Shown here in pieces: positions 38,956 to 47,536 of a stretch of 64,000 nucleotides of DNA (within the stretch, counting starts at the first letter, position 1; every line of letters starts with the position of its first letter). The DNA is taken from positions 17,975 through 81,974 of IMG/VR virus record IMGVR_UViG_3300042350_003419. One strand, written 5' to 3'. Origin of the DNA: a virus (Duplodnaviria > Caudoviricetes). The notes beneath the pieces were generated by a model. The model saw only the letters and a program-made list of their open reading frames with translations. It did no database searches and was not told where the DNA came from. Made by a program: the position numbers and the translations under genes.

Positions 38956-39797
38956 AAAAAATAGATCTCTCCAACTGCACTTTTATAATTCCGATTAGAC
39001 TTGACTCTGGAGATAGGACTAGGAATATTACTACAGTTCTTTGCTATCTTCTAAAAACTTTTAACACTAAAGTGATATTAAAAGAAGTTGATTCCAGACC
39101 TTTTGTTGAAGAGTGTGTTATAAAACAAATTAAAGAATTTTTAGATAAGGATGAAATTAACAATCTGATATATCTGTTTGAAAAATCTGATAGTTCAGAA
39201 TTTCACAGAATGAAAATTTTAAATGAAATGATAGAACAGGTAAAAACTGATATTGTGGTTAATTATGATTGTGATGCTTTATTAAAAGCAGAAACTTGCA
39301 TAGAAGCAGTAAAATTAATAGTAAAGAAAAATTATGATTTAGTTTATCCCTATGGATTAGGAGACTATCAATATCAAATTTTTGCAACTGATGCACTTGT
39401 AAGTGACTTTATTAATAATAATTTTGATTTTTCAATTTTAGAAAAAAATTCCAATATTCATAGGTCTGAGTTTGGACACGTTCAATTCATTAAAACAAAA
39501 TCCTATATTAATGCTGGAATGGAAAACGAGAACTTTATTTCCTGGTCTCCAGAAGATAAAGAAAGATATTTTAGATTTAATGTTCTTGGATATAATGTGG
39601 GTAGAATTGATCACTCATATGTATATCACTTAGAGCATTATAGGGGACATAACTCTGGTTTTGAAAATCCATATATTACTAGAAATAATGAATTGTGGAA
39701 TTATCTTCAAACATTAAATCAAAAACAATTAAGGAGATATTATCAATCACAAAAATATTTAAAGAAATATCAATCTCATAACTTAAATAAGGTTTAA
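38952..39797 (+). CDS. GT2/GT7-like glycosyltransferase
   Basis: FIIP, YDCD, ENENFISWSPED, YHLEH. Confidence 0.8.
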   Translation: MKKIDLSNCTFIIPIRLDSGDRTRNITTVLCYLLKTFNTKVILKEVDSRPFVEECVIKQIKEFLDKDEINNLIYLFEKSDSSEFHRMKILNEMIEQVKTDIVVNYDCDALLKAETCIEAVKLIVKKNYDLVYPYGLGDYQYQIFATDALVSDFINNNFDFSILEKNSNIHRSEFGHVQFIKTKSYINAGMENENFISWSPEDKERYFRFNVLGYNVGRIDHSYVYHLEHYRGHNSGFENPYITRNNELWNYLQTLNQKQLRRYYQSQKYLKKYQSHNLNKV

Positions 39798-39803
39798 TTT
39801 GTC

Positions 39804-40598
39804 ATGGATAAAAACAAAGCAATCTATAAACTCAAAGGTCTTCCCCCCATCTATTATCTCAATCTGGACGAACAACCAGAAAGAGCAGAGTATATGGAGG
39901 ATCAATTCAAGTATTGGGAAATTGAAGATTATACTCGCATCTCTGCTTATGATGGTAGGGATGGTAGAGACTTAGGTGATATTCTTAAAGGTCGTTATCC
40001 TGATATGATGTCTTCTGGTGAAGTCGGTTGCGTAACATCTCATCTGAAGGCACTCAGGCACTTCTTAGAGACTTCTGATGCACCTTGTGCTCTCATTATG
40101 GAGGATGATTGTGATTTAGATACTGTAAAACATTGGGGATTTAATTGGAAAGATTTCTTTTCTAAGATTCCTTATGCTTATGACGTTGTTCAACTTGCAA
40201 TCATTAATCCTGCACAAGTTCATATTAAGTTGCATCGTAGATTTGTGAATGATTTTTCTACTGCTTGCTATTTAATTACTCGTCATCATGCACAAAAACT
40301 TATCAGTCTTCATGTTCGTGGTGATAGGTATAAGATTGACAATGGAGTTAAACCCAGAGCAGTTGCTGATGATTTAATTTATAATTCTGGAAATACATAT
40401 TCAATTCCATTATTTCTTTATAAGATTGAATTGGGATCTTCTATTCATAATGAACATATTGATATTTTTCATAAGTCAAGTTATGAAGGACTTTGGAATT
40501 TTTGGAGAAATGATTCCAGTAATATAAGTGATTGGAATCCAATATTTGATTATGATCCTTATTTCGGAACTCTACCGCCAGGATTTGAAAACAAATAG
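39804..40598 (+). CDS. GT25 glycosyltransferase
   Basis: YYLNLD, GEVGCVTSH, IMEDD, STACYLI. Confidence 0.88.
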   Translation: MDKNKAIYKLKGLPPIYYLNLDEQPERAEYMEDQFKYWEIEDYTRISAYDGRDGRDLGDILKGRYPDMMSSGEVGCVTSHLKALRHFLETSDAPCALIMEDDCDLDTVKHWGFNWKDFFSKIPYAYDVVQLAIINPAQVHIKLHRRFVNDFSTACYLITRHHAQKLISLHVRGDRYKIDNGVKPRAVADDLIYNSGNTYSIPLFLYKIELGSSIHNEHIDIFHKSSYEGLWNFWRNDSSNISDWNPIFDYDPYFGTLPPGFENK

Positions 40599-40657
40599 GG
40601 CTTGACACTCCTCCTTTTCTGCTATATACTTGTGTAACAGTTCTTCACAAAACTTAT

Positions 40658-40852
40658 ATGACTGTAACAACTAATGAATATGGGCAACAAAATATGTTTG
40701 CCAAAGAACCCGTAATGTATTATGAGAATTACGGAATGCTGACTCCAAATCAAGTTAAGGAGCGTACTAATGGACGCTGGGCAATGGTCGGTTTTGTTGC
40801 TGGTGTTATTTCTTATTCTATCACTGGCAACTTCTTCTTCGGGATCTTCTGA
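40658..40852 (+). CDS. hli: high-light-inducible protein
   Basis: ERTNGRWAMVG chlorophyll-binding motif. Confidence 0.9.
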   Translation: MTVTTNEYGQQNMFAKEPVMYYENYGMLTPNQVKERTNGRWAMVGFVAGVISYSITGNFFFGIF

Positions 40853-40948
40853 TGACTGAAATCATCTTCACAATTACAGGAGTTGCATTTTTGGTTCTCC
40901 TGAGTTATGCTGTAGAAAAACTTTCTGAAACTTACTGAGGTAAAACAA

Positions 40949-41068
40949 ATGGACAAAATTTTCACTGAAACTGCTGAGCGTTGGAACGGAAGACTTGCGA
41001 TGCTTGGATTCGTAATTGCAGTTGGTACTTACTTCACCACTGGGCAAGTAATTCCTGGTCTGTTCTGA
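40949..41068 (+). CDS. hli: high-light-inducible protein (39 aa)
   Basis: AERWNGRLAMLGF...TGQVIPGLF; below the ORF-track cutoff. Confidence 0.9.
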   Translation: MDKIFTETAERWNGRLAMLGFVIAVGTYFTTGQVIPGLF

Positions 41069-41079
41069 TGGAGGTTACT

Positions 41080-41607
41080 ATGCGTAAAGAAGGATATGAA
41101 ATTCCTCAAGTTGAATTTGTATTTCGTGAATCTGGGGAGTTTGTAACTCGTACAAGTAATGAACTTTTTAAAGATAAAAGAGTTGTACTCTTCTCACTTC
41201 CTGGAGCGTTCACTCCTACTTGCTCCGCTTATCAACTTCCTGGATTTGAAGAGAAGTATGATGAGTTCACTGCTCTTGGTATTGATGCTATTTACTGTAT
41301 TTCTGTTAATGATGGTTTCGTGATGAATGCCTGGGCACAAGACCAAAACATTCAAAACGTACAACTCATTCCCGATGGAAATGCTTACTTCACTCGCTCT
41401 ATGGGTCAACTCGTTTCCAAGACCAATCTTGGTTTTGGTGAGCGTTCTTGGCGATATGCTGCTGTGGTGAAGGATGGTATCATTGAGAAACTCTTTGAGG
41501 AAGCAGGAAAGCAAGATAATGCTCCTACTGATCCTTATGAAGTGACAACTCCAGAAAATGTTCTTGAGTATGTAAAAACAGAATTGCGTGAAGCAGTACT
41601 CGCATAA
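41080..41607 (+). CDS. peroxiredoxin (Prx5-like)
   Basis: SLPGAFTPTCS, SVNDGFVM, RSWRY; GGAGG SD before ATG 41080. Confidence 0.92.
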   Translation: MRKEGYEIPQVEFVFRESGEFVTRTSNELFKDKRVVLFSLPGAFTPTCSAYQLPGFEEKYDEFTALGIDAIYCISVNDGFVMNAWAQDQNIQNVQLIPDGNAYFTRSMGQLVSKTNLGFGERSWRYAAVVKDGIIEKLFEEAGKQDNAPTDPYEVTTPENVLEYVKTELREAVLA

Positions 41608-41665
41608 TATTAGAAAATATTTTTTAAACTCTACCTCTAAATAAGGGGTAGAGTTTTTTTTTATT

Positions 41666-41830
41666 ATGCCAAGAGGACAACTGACTAAAGATATTATTAA
41701 ATGTGAAGTTCTTAAGTTAAAAAAAGATTTGGATAATGAATGGATGAATAAGACTGGATATGACCCAAAGTGGTTAGCGCATCAATATCTGAATAAGGTT
41801 CTGGACAAAATTGAGGAATATTCCAGATAA
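41666..41830 (+). CDS. hypothetical protein
   Basis: MPRGQLTK...AHQYLNKVLDKIEEY, 54 aa. Confidence 0.6.
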   Translation: MPRGQLTKDIIKCEVLKLKKDLDNEWMNKTGYDPKWLAHQYLNKVLDKIEEYSR

Positions 41831-41914
41831 GCATTCATACCTATTGACAGGGATCCCTGACAGTGCTATGATAAATACAACAACAAGTTAAGGAATGTAA
41901 CAAAACCTTAACGT

Positions 41915-41995
41915 TGTCCTCTGCCTAACCGAGACCTATGGGGAGGTTAAACACAGTCTCTCATACCCACGATGGAGGGTGTCGTGGGGAATACT
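41915..41995 (+). ncRNA. PhotoRC-II RNA motif (psbA leader)
   Basis: CCTAACCGAGACC...GTCTCTCATACC...GGAGGG in the psbA 5' UTR, matching the motif as recalled; boundaries approximate. Confidence 0.7.
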
Positions 41996-42042
41996 TGTAC
42001 CGTTCAGTTCCCCCTGGACACATACTTACCCTTTAACGAAAA

Positions 42043-42795
42043 ATGACTGCTACAATCGCTACACGTCGCCCAACTACTTCGGCGTGGAACTCATTCTGTG
42101 AATGGATTACTTCAACGAACAACCGCCTTTATGTTGGTTGGTTCGGAACTCTGATGATTCCAACGTTGCTTGCTGCAACTATTTGTTTCATCGTCGCCTT
42201 CATTGCCGCACCCCCGGTGGACATTGACGGTATTCGTGAACCTGTTGCTGGTTCACTCATGTACGGAAACAACATCATCTCTGGTGCTGTTGTTCCTTCA
42301 AGCAACGCCATTGGTCTTCACTTCTATCCCATCTGGGAAGCAGCAAGTCTTGATGAATGGCTTTATAACGGTGGACCTTTCCAACTTGTTGTATTTCACT
42401 TCCTCATTGGCATCTACTGCTATATGGGACGTGAATGGGAACTCTCATACCGTCTAGGTATGCGTCCTTGGATTATGGTTGCTTACAGTGCTCCTGTTGC
42501 TGCTGCATCTGCTGTATTCCTGGTTTATCCTTTCGGACAAGGTTCATTCTCTGATGCGATGCCTCTGGGCATCTCCGGAACATTCAACTACATGCTTGTG
42601 TTCCAGGCAGAGCACAACATCCTGATGCACCCCTTCCATATGCTTGGAGTTGCTGGTGTGTTCGGTGGTTCTCTGTTCAGTGCTATGCACGGTTCTCTTG
42701 TGACTTCTTCACTGGTTCGTGAAACCACAGAAACTGAGTCACAGAATTATGGTTATAAGTTTGGTCAAGAAGAAGAGACTTATAACATCGTGGCT
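42043..42795 (+). CDS. psbA: photosystem II D1 protein, exon 1
   Basis: [28 protein letters not shown]. Confidence 0.97.
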
Positions 42796-43004
42796 TGACA
42801 GAGCGGGTCACGTTAAACTGGGTGAACTGCTGGAAACCTAAGTCCTTTATGGATATGGCAATCAGCATCCAAGTCCTAGATACATCTAGGAAAGGTTCAG
42901 AGACTACCTGAGGGATACAGTTCCCTTAATAACAGGCAAGAGCGCCCAGCACCTTTAATAGGTGAAGATATAGTCCAACCCTTAAGGAAACTTTTGGACA
43001 ATTG
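42796..43004 (+). mobile_element. group I intron (209 nt, no ORF) in psbA
   Basis: P1 CGTGGCT/GGGTCACG with U.G at splice site; P AACTGCTGGAAA, Q AATCAGCA, R GTTCAGAGACTA, S AAGATATAGTCC; ends in G; removal restores NIVA-AHGYF. Confidence 0.93.
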
Positions 43005-43334
43005 GCTCACGGTTACTTTGGACGACTCATTTTCCAATATGCTTCGTTCAATAATTCTCGTTCACTTCACTTCTTCCTCGCCGCTTGGCCCGTTGTGGGC
43101 ATCTGGTTTACTGCTCTAGGCGTAAGCACTATGGCATTCAACCTCAACGGACTAAATTTCAATCAGAGTATTCTGGATAGTCAAAACCGGGTAATTCCTA
43201 CTTGGGCGGACATATTGAACAAATCTGGGTTGGGTATGGAAGTTATGCACGAGAGAAATGCACATAATTTTCCTTTAGATTTGGCTGCAGCAGAAACAAC
43301 TTCGGTTGCTCTAACTGCTCCTTCTATCGGTTGA
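43005..43334 (+). CDS. psbA: photosystem II D1 protein, exon 2
   Basis: [20 protein letters not shown]...[13 protein letters not shown]. Confidence 0.97.
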   Translation, partial: AHGYFGRLIFQYASFNNSRSLHFFLAAWPVVGIWFTALGVSTMAFNLNGLNFNQSILDSQNRVIPTWADILNKSGLGMEVMHERNAHNFPLDLAAAETTSVALTAPSIG

Positions 43335-43360
43335 TATAATCACTAAATTGTGATATAATG

Positions 43361-43393
43361 AAGAGACCTGTAAAGGTCTCTTTTTTATAAATA
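43361..43393 (+). terminator. terminator fused to late promoter
   Basis: AAGAGACC-tgtaa-AGGTCTCTT, T-run, TATAAATA. Confidence 0.75.
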
Positions 43394-43402
43394 ATAATAT
43401 CC

Positions 43403-44032
43403 GTGAGCAGACCACAAATGAATATAAAATATACTGATAAGGATAGGGAGATTTGGAAACAAATGTATTTGTCTGGTTTATCCTCCCACGAAATTGGAAG
43501 ACAACTAAACATACCAAGAGTTTCCGTATATAAGTATCTTAAAACAATTGGTGTAACAAGAAACTTTTCTGAATGGCAGGTTGGTAAAGAACCTTGGAAT
43601 AAAGGAAAGAAAACAGGTCAAAAAGTTTGGAATAAAGGATTAACCAAAGAAACTGATGAAAGAGTCAAAAAATATGGAGAAAAAATAAAGGGCAATAATT
43701 GCCAAAATCCTTGGAAAGAAAGATATTTTGATACTGATTATTTGTATTTGGTTATTGTTTATCTTGAAGGTAAACTGGTTTATAAGGTTGGAAGAAGTTT
43801 CAACAAATTAGCAAATCACACAAAAAATAAATTACATAGTGTAATTAAAATATGGAAAGGAATTCATTATCAAGTTCATCATCTTGAAAAGTTCATTCAT
43901 CAAAAATACCAAGATTATAAAATTGATTTTGAATCCAAGGACGCTGGACATACTGAGTGTTATATGGTAGAATTGCCCATAACTGAAATCATCAACCTTA
44001 CAGAAAAAACATTAAAACATTATGATTACTAA
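43403..44032 (+). CDS. putative free-standing homing endonuclease (HTH, NUMOD-like repeats, GIY-YIG-like C-domain)
   Basis: HTH N-terminus; PWNKGKK/VWNKGLTKETD; YLYLV...YKVGRS...LE...GHTECY. Confidence 0.72.
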   Translation: MSRPQMNIKYTDKDREIWKQMYLSGLSSHEIGRQLNIPRVSVYKYLKTIGVTRNFSEWQVGKEPWNKGKKTGQKVWNKGLTKETDERVKKYGEKIKGNNCQNPWKERYFDTDYLYLVIVYLEGKLVYKVGRSFNKLANHTKNKLHSVIKIWKGIHYQVHHLEKFIHQKYQDYKIDFESKDAGHTECYMVELPITEIINLTEKTLKHYDY

Positions 44033-44177
44033 AGAAGGATTTATTGAGGCAACCAATCTAGCACCTGAAAATGCAGAAAAAATTTATCAAGAACTTAATG
44101 ATAGGTTTAATGGGGATTGGGATAAGGCATCTGACTACCTTAAAGATTTGGTTGCATATTTACAAAAGCACCAATAA
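44022..44177 (+). CDS. hypothetical protein
   Basis: MITKEGFIEATNL..., 51 aa. Confidence 0.45.
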   Translation: MITKEGFIEATNLAPENAEKIYQELNDRFNGDWDKASDYLKDLVAYLQKHQ

Positions 44178-44181
44178 GACT

Positions 44182-44331
44182 ATGAAATTACCTATAAGTA
44201 AAAAACTAGAAGAGATACTCAGAGACCCTGTTGCAAGTAAACAATTACGAAAAGCATTGACAGGAGAAGGTGATGGTAAAATTACAGTAAATGGAAAGAC
44301 TTATAAATTAAATAAAGATGCTTTTTATTGA
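44182..44331 (+). CDS. hypothetical protein
   Basis: MKLPISKKLEEILRDP... Confidence 0.5.
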   Translation: MKLPISKKLEEILRDPVASKQLRKALTGEGDGKITVNGKTYKLNKDAFY

Positions 44332-44377
44332 CATAAGACTCCCAACTCTGCTAAGATAATCATAAACCCCAAAACAT

Positions 44378-44638
44378 ATGAAACAACTAACAACAGAACA
44401 AATCAAAACACTGGAAGATGCTTTTGTAAGTTATCCAGAGGACTTTCCAACAACTTCTAATTATGCATCAATGGAAGGAATTCAAACACAACTGAATCAA
44501 CTTAAAGATGATATAGGACGTATTTACTATATTAGTAAAGTTAGTAAAAATCAAAAAGTCAATGCATATAATTTTACAATGAATGCAATGGAAGTCGGAA
44601 TTCAGGAACGAGATACTAATGATAAACCCAATAATTAA
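44378..44638 (+). CDS. hypothetical protein
   Basis: 86 aa, after a TTGACA promoter. Confidence 0.55.
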   Translation: MKQLTTEQIKTLEDAFVSYPEDFPTTSNYASMEGIQTQLNQLKDDIGRIYYISKVSKNQKVNAYNFTMNAMEVGIQERDTNDKPNN

Positions 44639-44651
44639 AAGCACCAATAAT

Positions 44652-44771
44652 ATGAGTCACAATCCTCAACACGAACCTATGGAACCTTGGATAATCTGGG
44701 CAGGCGTAGGTATTATGATGTTCACAGTTATCATATTTGTCATATTTACTCTTTCAGTAATGTATTTTTAA
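44652..44771 (+). CDS. small membrane protein
   Basis: Single TM helix. Confidence 0.5.
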   Translation: MSHNPQHEPMEPWIIWAGVGIMMFTVIIFVIFTLSVMYF

Positions 44772-44895
44772 GAATATGTTTTTCATTCTCACAGTCTTCA
44801 TACTCTTCGGAATCTTTATGTTTATAATGTCAGTAACACAAGACCTCTAAGAATCCTACATATAAAAGAACACAGTATAATGGGTGGAGATTAAA

Positions 44896-45606
44896 ATGAG
44901 TTCAAATTTTGATACAGTCTTCGTCAGTGATGTTCATCTTGGGACTCCAAGATGTAATACTGAAAAGTTCTTAAAGTTTTTAAAAGAACTCAAAACTAAA
45001 AAGTTAGTAATGGTAGGTGATATTATAGACATCTACTGTATGGAAAAATATAATACTCGTTGGACAAAAGAACATACCGAGTGTGTTCATCAAATCTTAA
45101 ATCTTGCTAAAAGGGGAACAGAGGTCATTTATATTCTTGGAAATCACGAAGGGCAAATTCGTCGCTACTGTGATTTTGAACATAAGAACTTCCGAATGGT
45201 AGATGAATATACGCATAAAGATTCAAAAGGTAATAAGTTTCTTTGTGTTCACGGAGATAAGTATTCCGAGTATTCATCCGGTTCCTGGAAACAATTAATG
45301 TTTAATAAAGGATATGAATTGATTACACCGATCAGTTTGTTCCTGGAAAGATTCTTCAGATTCTCTTTGGTTTATGCACTGAAGAATAGTGTTCGGGGTA
45401 AGAACTATATCAATCAATATGAGACTGATATTGCATCATATTGTGTTCAGAGAGATAAGAAATATGACGGAGTAATTTGTGGTCACATACATTCCGGAAA
45501 TATTCGTAAGTTTAATAAAATTACTTATATGTGTTGCGGAGATTGGTGCGATACATGTTCTGCAATTGTAGAAAGAAACGGCGTATATTGCTTGGAAAAG
45601 TATTGA
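44896..45606 (+). CDS. metallophosphoesterase, UDP-2,3-diacylglucosamine diphosphatase-like
   Basis: SDVHLG, GDIID, GNHE, HGD, GHIH, GDW motifs. Confidence 0.85.
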   Translation: MSSNFDTVFVSDVHLGTPRCNTEKFLKFLKELKTKKLVMVGDIIDIYCMEKYNTRWTKEHTECVHQILNLAKRGTEVIYILGNHEGQIRRYCDFEHKNFRMVDEYTHKDSKGNKFLCVHGDKYSEYSSGSWKQLMFNKGYELITPISLFLERFFRFSLVYALKNSVRGKNYINQYETDIASYCVQRDKKYDGVICGHIHSGNIRKFNKITYMCCGDWCDTCSAIVERNGVYCLEKY

Positions 45607-45684
45607 ATAATATCTTCAAATCCCAACAATTCATAGACACCTAAAAAGAACTTCTTATAATTACTAAGGAGTTCTTTTTCTTTT

Positions 45685-46344
45685 ATGAAGATCTTTTTAG
45701 ATACGGCAGATGTTTCAATGATTAGTTCAGCATATGATACTGGACTACTAGATGGAGTTACTACAAATCCCACTTTGATTCTTAAAAGTGGTAGACAACT
45801 TCAAGAAGTTATTAGTGAAATTTCAAAAATATTTCCAGAGTTAGAAAGCATTTCGGCAGAAGTCGTTGCAGATACTGCCGAAGAAATGCTTACAGAAGCA
45901 AAACATTATTATACAATCGCACCAGCAGTTACAATCAAAGTTCCTTGTACAGTAGAAGGATTGAAGGCTTGTAAGTTCCTGTCTGGGCAGGGAATTCAAA
46001 CGAATGTAACTCTTGTATTCTCGGTGGCACAGGCAATACTTGCATCAAAGGCAGGAGCAACTTATATCTCACCATTTGTGGGTCGTTGGATGGATAATTC
46101 TGTAGATGGTATTGAACTGATCAAGAATATCCGTAAAGCATTTGATTACTCAGGAACCAGCACACAGATTCTTGCAGCATCTCTTCGTGATGTAAGACAA
46201 GTAGAACAATCTGCACTTTATGGTGCTGATGTTGTTACAATTCCTCCAGTTGTATTCTGGGCGATGTATAAGAACATTATGACAGATAAGGGACTTGAGT
46301 TATTCCAGAAGGACTGGGAGGAAGTTCTGAAAGGAAAAGAATGA
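45685..46344 (+). CDS. talC: transaldolase TalC
   Basis: FLDTAD, GVTTNPTL, TIKVP, NVTLVFS, ISPFVGR, LAASLR. Confidence 0.95.
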   Translation: MKIFLDTADVSMISSAYDTGLLDGVTTNPTLILKSGRQLQEVISEISKIFPELESISAEVVADTAEEMLTEAKHYYTIAPAVTIKVPCTVEGLKACKFLSGQGIQTNVTLVFSVAQAILASKAGATYISPFVGRWMDNSVDGIELIKNIRKAFDYSGTSTQILAASLRDVRQVEQSALYGADVVTIPPVVFWAMYKNIMTDKGLELFQKDWEEVLKGKE

Positions 46345-46547
46345 AACGCGAAGATCAGTGCTGGAATTTCATAATGTCCTCATTTGCGAGAACTTATGGA
46401 GTTGAAAGAACTATATCGGAACAAAAATTTCATGAAATTGCATTAGAATGGTGTGATGATCATAACTACACTTGTGATGTTCATCTGGATGATTTAGATA
46501 AAGTTGATTTGTATTTTAGAAACATTTATGAAAACTGGGAGGGTTAG
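46341..46547 (+). CDS. hypothetical protein
   Basis: ATGA overlap with talC. Confidence 0.6.
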   Translation: MKREDQCWNFIMSSFARTYGVERTISEQKFHEIALEWCDDHNYTCDVHLDDLDKVDLYFRNIYENWEG

Positions 46548-46673
46548 GTGATTAGTTCAGAGACACCTTATAAACTTGCAGAGATTATTAGAGACACTTG
46601 GCCTGGTCTTTACAGGAAACCCCAAGTGTCCTATAATAATCAAAAGACTTCTAAAAATGAAAAAATACAATAG
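46548..46673 (+). CDS. small hypothetical protein
   Basis: GTG start, ISSETPYKLAEIIRDTWP. Confidence 0.45.
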   Translation: MISSETPYKLAEIIRDTWPGLYRKPQVSYNNQKTSKNEKIQ

Positions 46674-46971
46674 TGAAGATTATTTTTCTGTAATTGAAAT
46701 TAAAACTGGAAGAAAAATTGCTGATTGTGGTGAAGAGGCAGATGCTCTTGCGATGGTTTCTTTTGATCCGCAAAATAGGACAATCACAAGAAATAAATTT
46801 ATGATGGGTCCAGTAGTTGATATTGAAATTCCAAAGCAACTTCCTACTACTGGAATTCAAATTGATTCTACTCTTTATAAAGAACATCAAGAAAATTGGA
46901 TGGTTGAAAAAATTAATCAACTACCACAAATAAAATTACCAGAAGGGCAAGGAGAACCTGTGATTATATGA
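46657..46971 (+). CDS. hypothetical protein
   Basis: ATG 46657; TGRKIADCG motif. Confidence 0.6.
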   Translation: MKKYNSEDYFSVIEIKTGRKIADCGEEADALAMVSFDPQNRTITRNKFMMGPVVDIEIPKQLPTTGIQIDSTLYKEHQENWMVEKINQLPQIKLPEGQGEPVII

Positions 46972-47109
46972 TAAAGAAAATAACTCATTTTCTCAAAAGA
47001 GATTCGGACATTACTTATTATGAAGAGTTTCATTACATATACATTACTTTGAAAGAACTAGTAGAAGTTATAAGAACAAAGAATAAATAATCATAAGTTG
47101 CAAATACTT

Positions 47110-47481
47110 ATGGTTCCCTTCCATAATCCTAAAGAATATGTCTTTAATCTTCATACAACATCAAGTTCTGAAGCAAAAAGATTATGGAGAAAACATATAA
47201 AGGAAAGTTGGGATAATAAGTGTGCCTATTGTGGGTCTGATGAAAATCTTACAATTGATCATATTGTCCCACAATCAAAAGGTGGGGAAGATACTACAAA
47301 AAATGTAGTATGTTGTTGCCACGAGTGTAATCAATCAAAAGGTCATGAACACTGGAAGTTATGGTACATCCAACAATATTTTTATGACGAGCAAAAGTTT
47401 AATAAAATAGAAGAATGGATGAAACCAGATCCTCCAAAAAACTTACATACTTATCGTCCAAGACGCAATAATTTATCTTGA
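47110..47481 (+). CDS. HNH endonuclease
   Basis: CAYCG...LTIDHIVPQSKGG...NVVCCCHECNQSKG. Confidence 0.88.
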   Translation: MVPFHNPKEYVFNLHTTSSSEAKRLWRKHIKESWDNKCAYCGSDENLTIDHIVPQSKGGEDTTKNVVCCCHECNQSKGHEHWKLWYIQQYFYDEQKFNKIEEWMKPDPPKNLHTYRPRRNNLS

Positions 47482-47536
47482 ATAAATAACTTAAAGCAGA
47501 TTATTCTGCAAGTTTGATAAATAACCGATGCGATAA

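Noticed and set aside
40981-41079. N-terminal extension of the peroxiredoxin from TTG 40981
   Set aside because: Overlaps the second hli gene in another frame; SD-supported ATG is at 41080
42043-43334. psbA as a pseudogene or stop-codon readthrough
   Set aside because: The gap is a canonical group I intron whose removal restores the frame exactly
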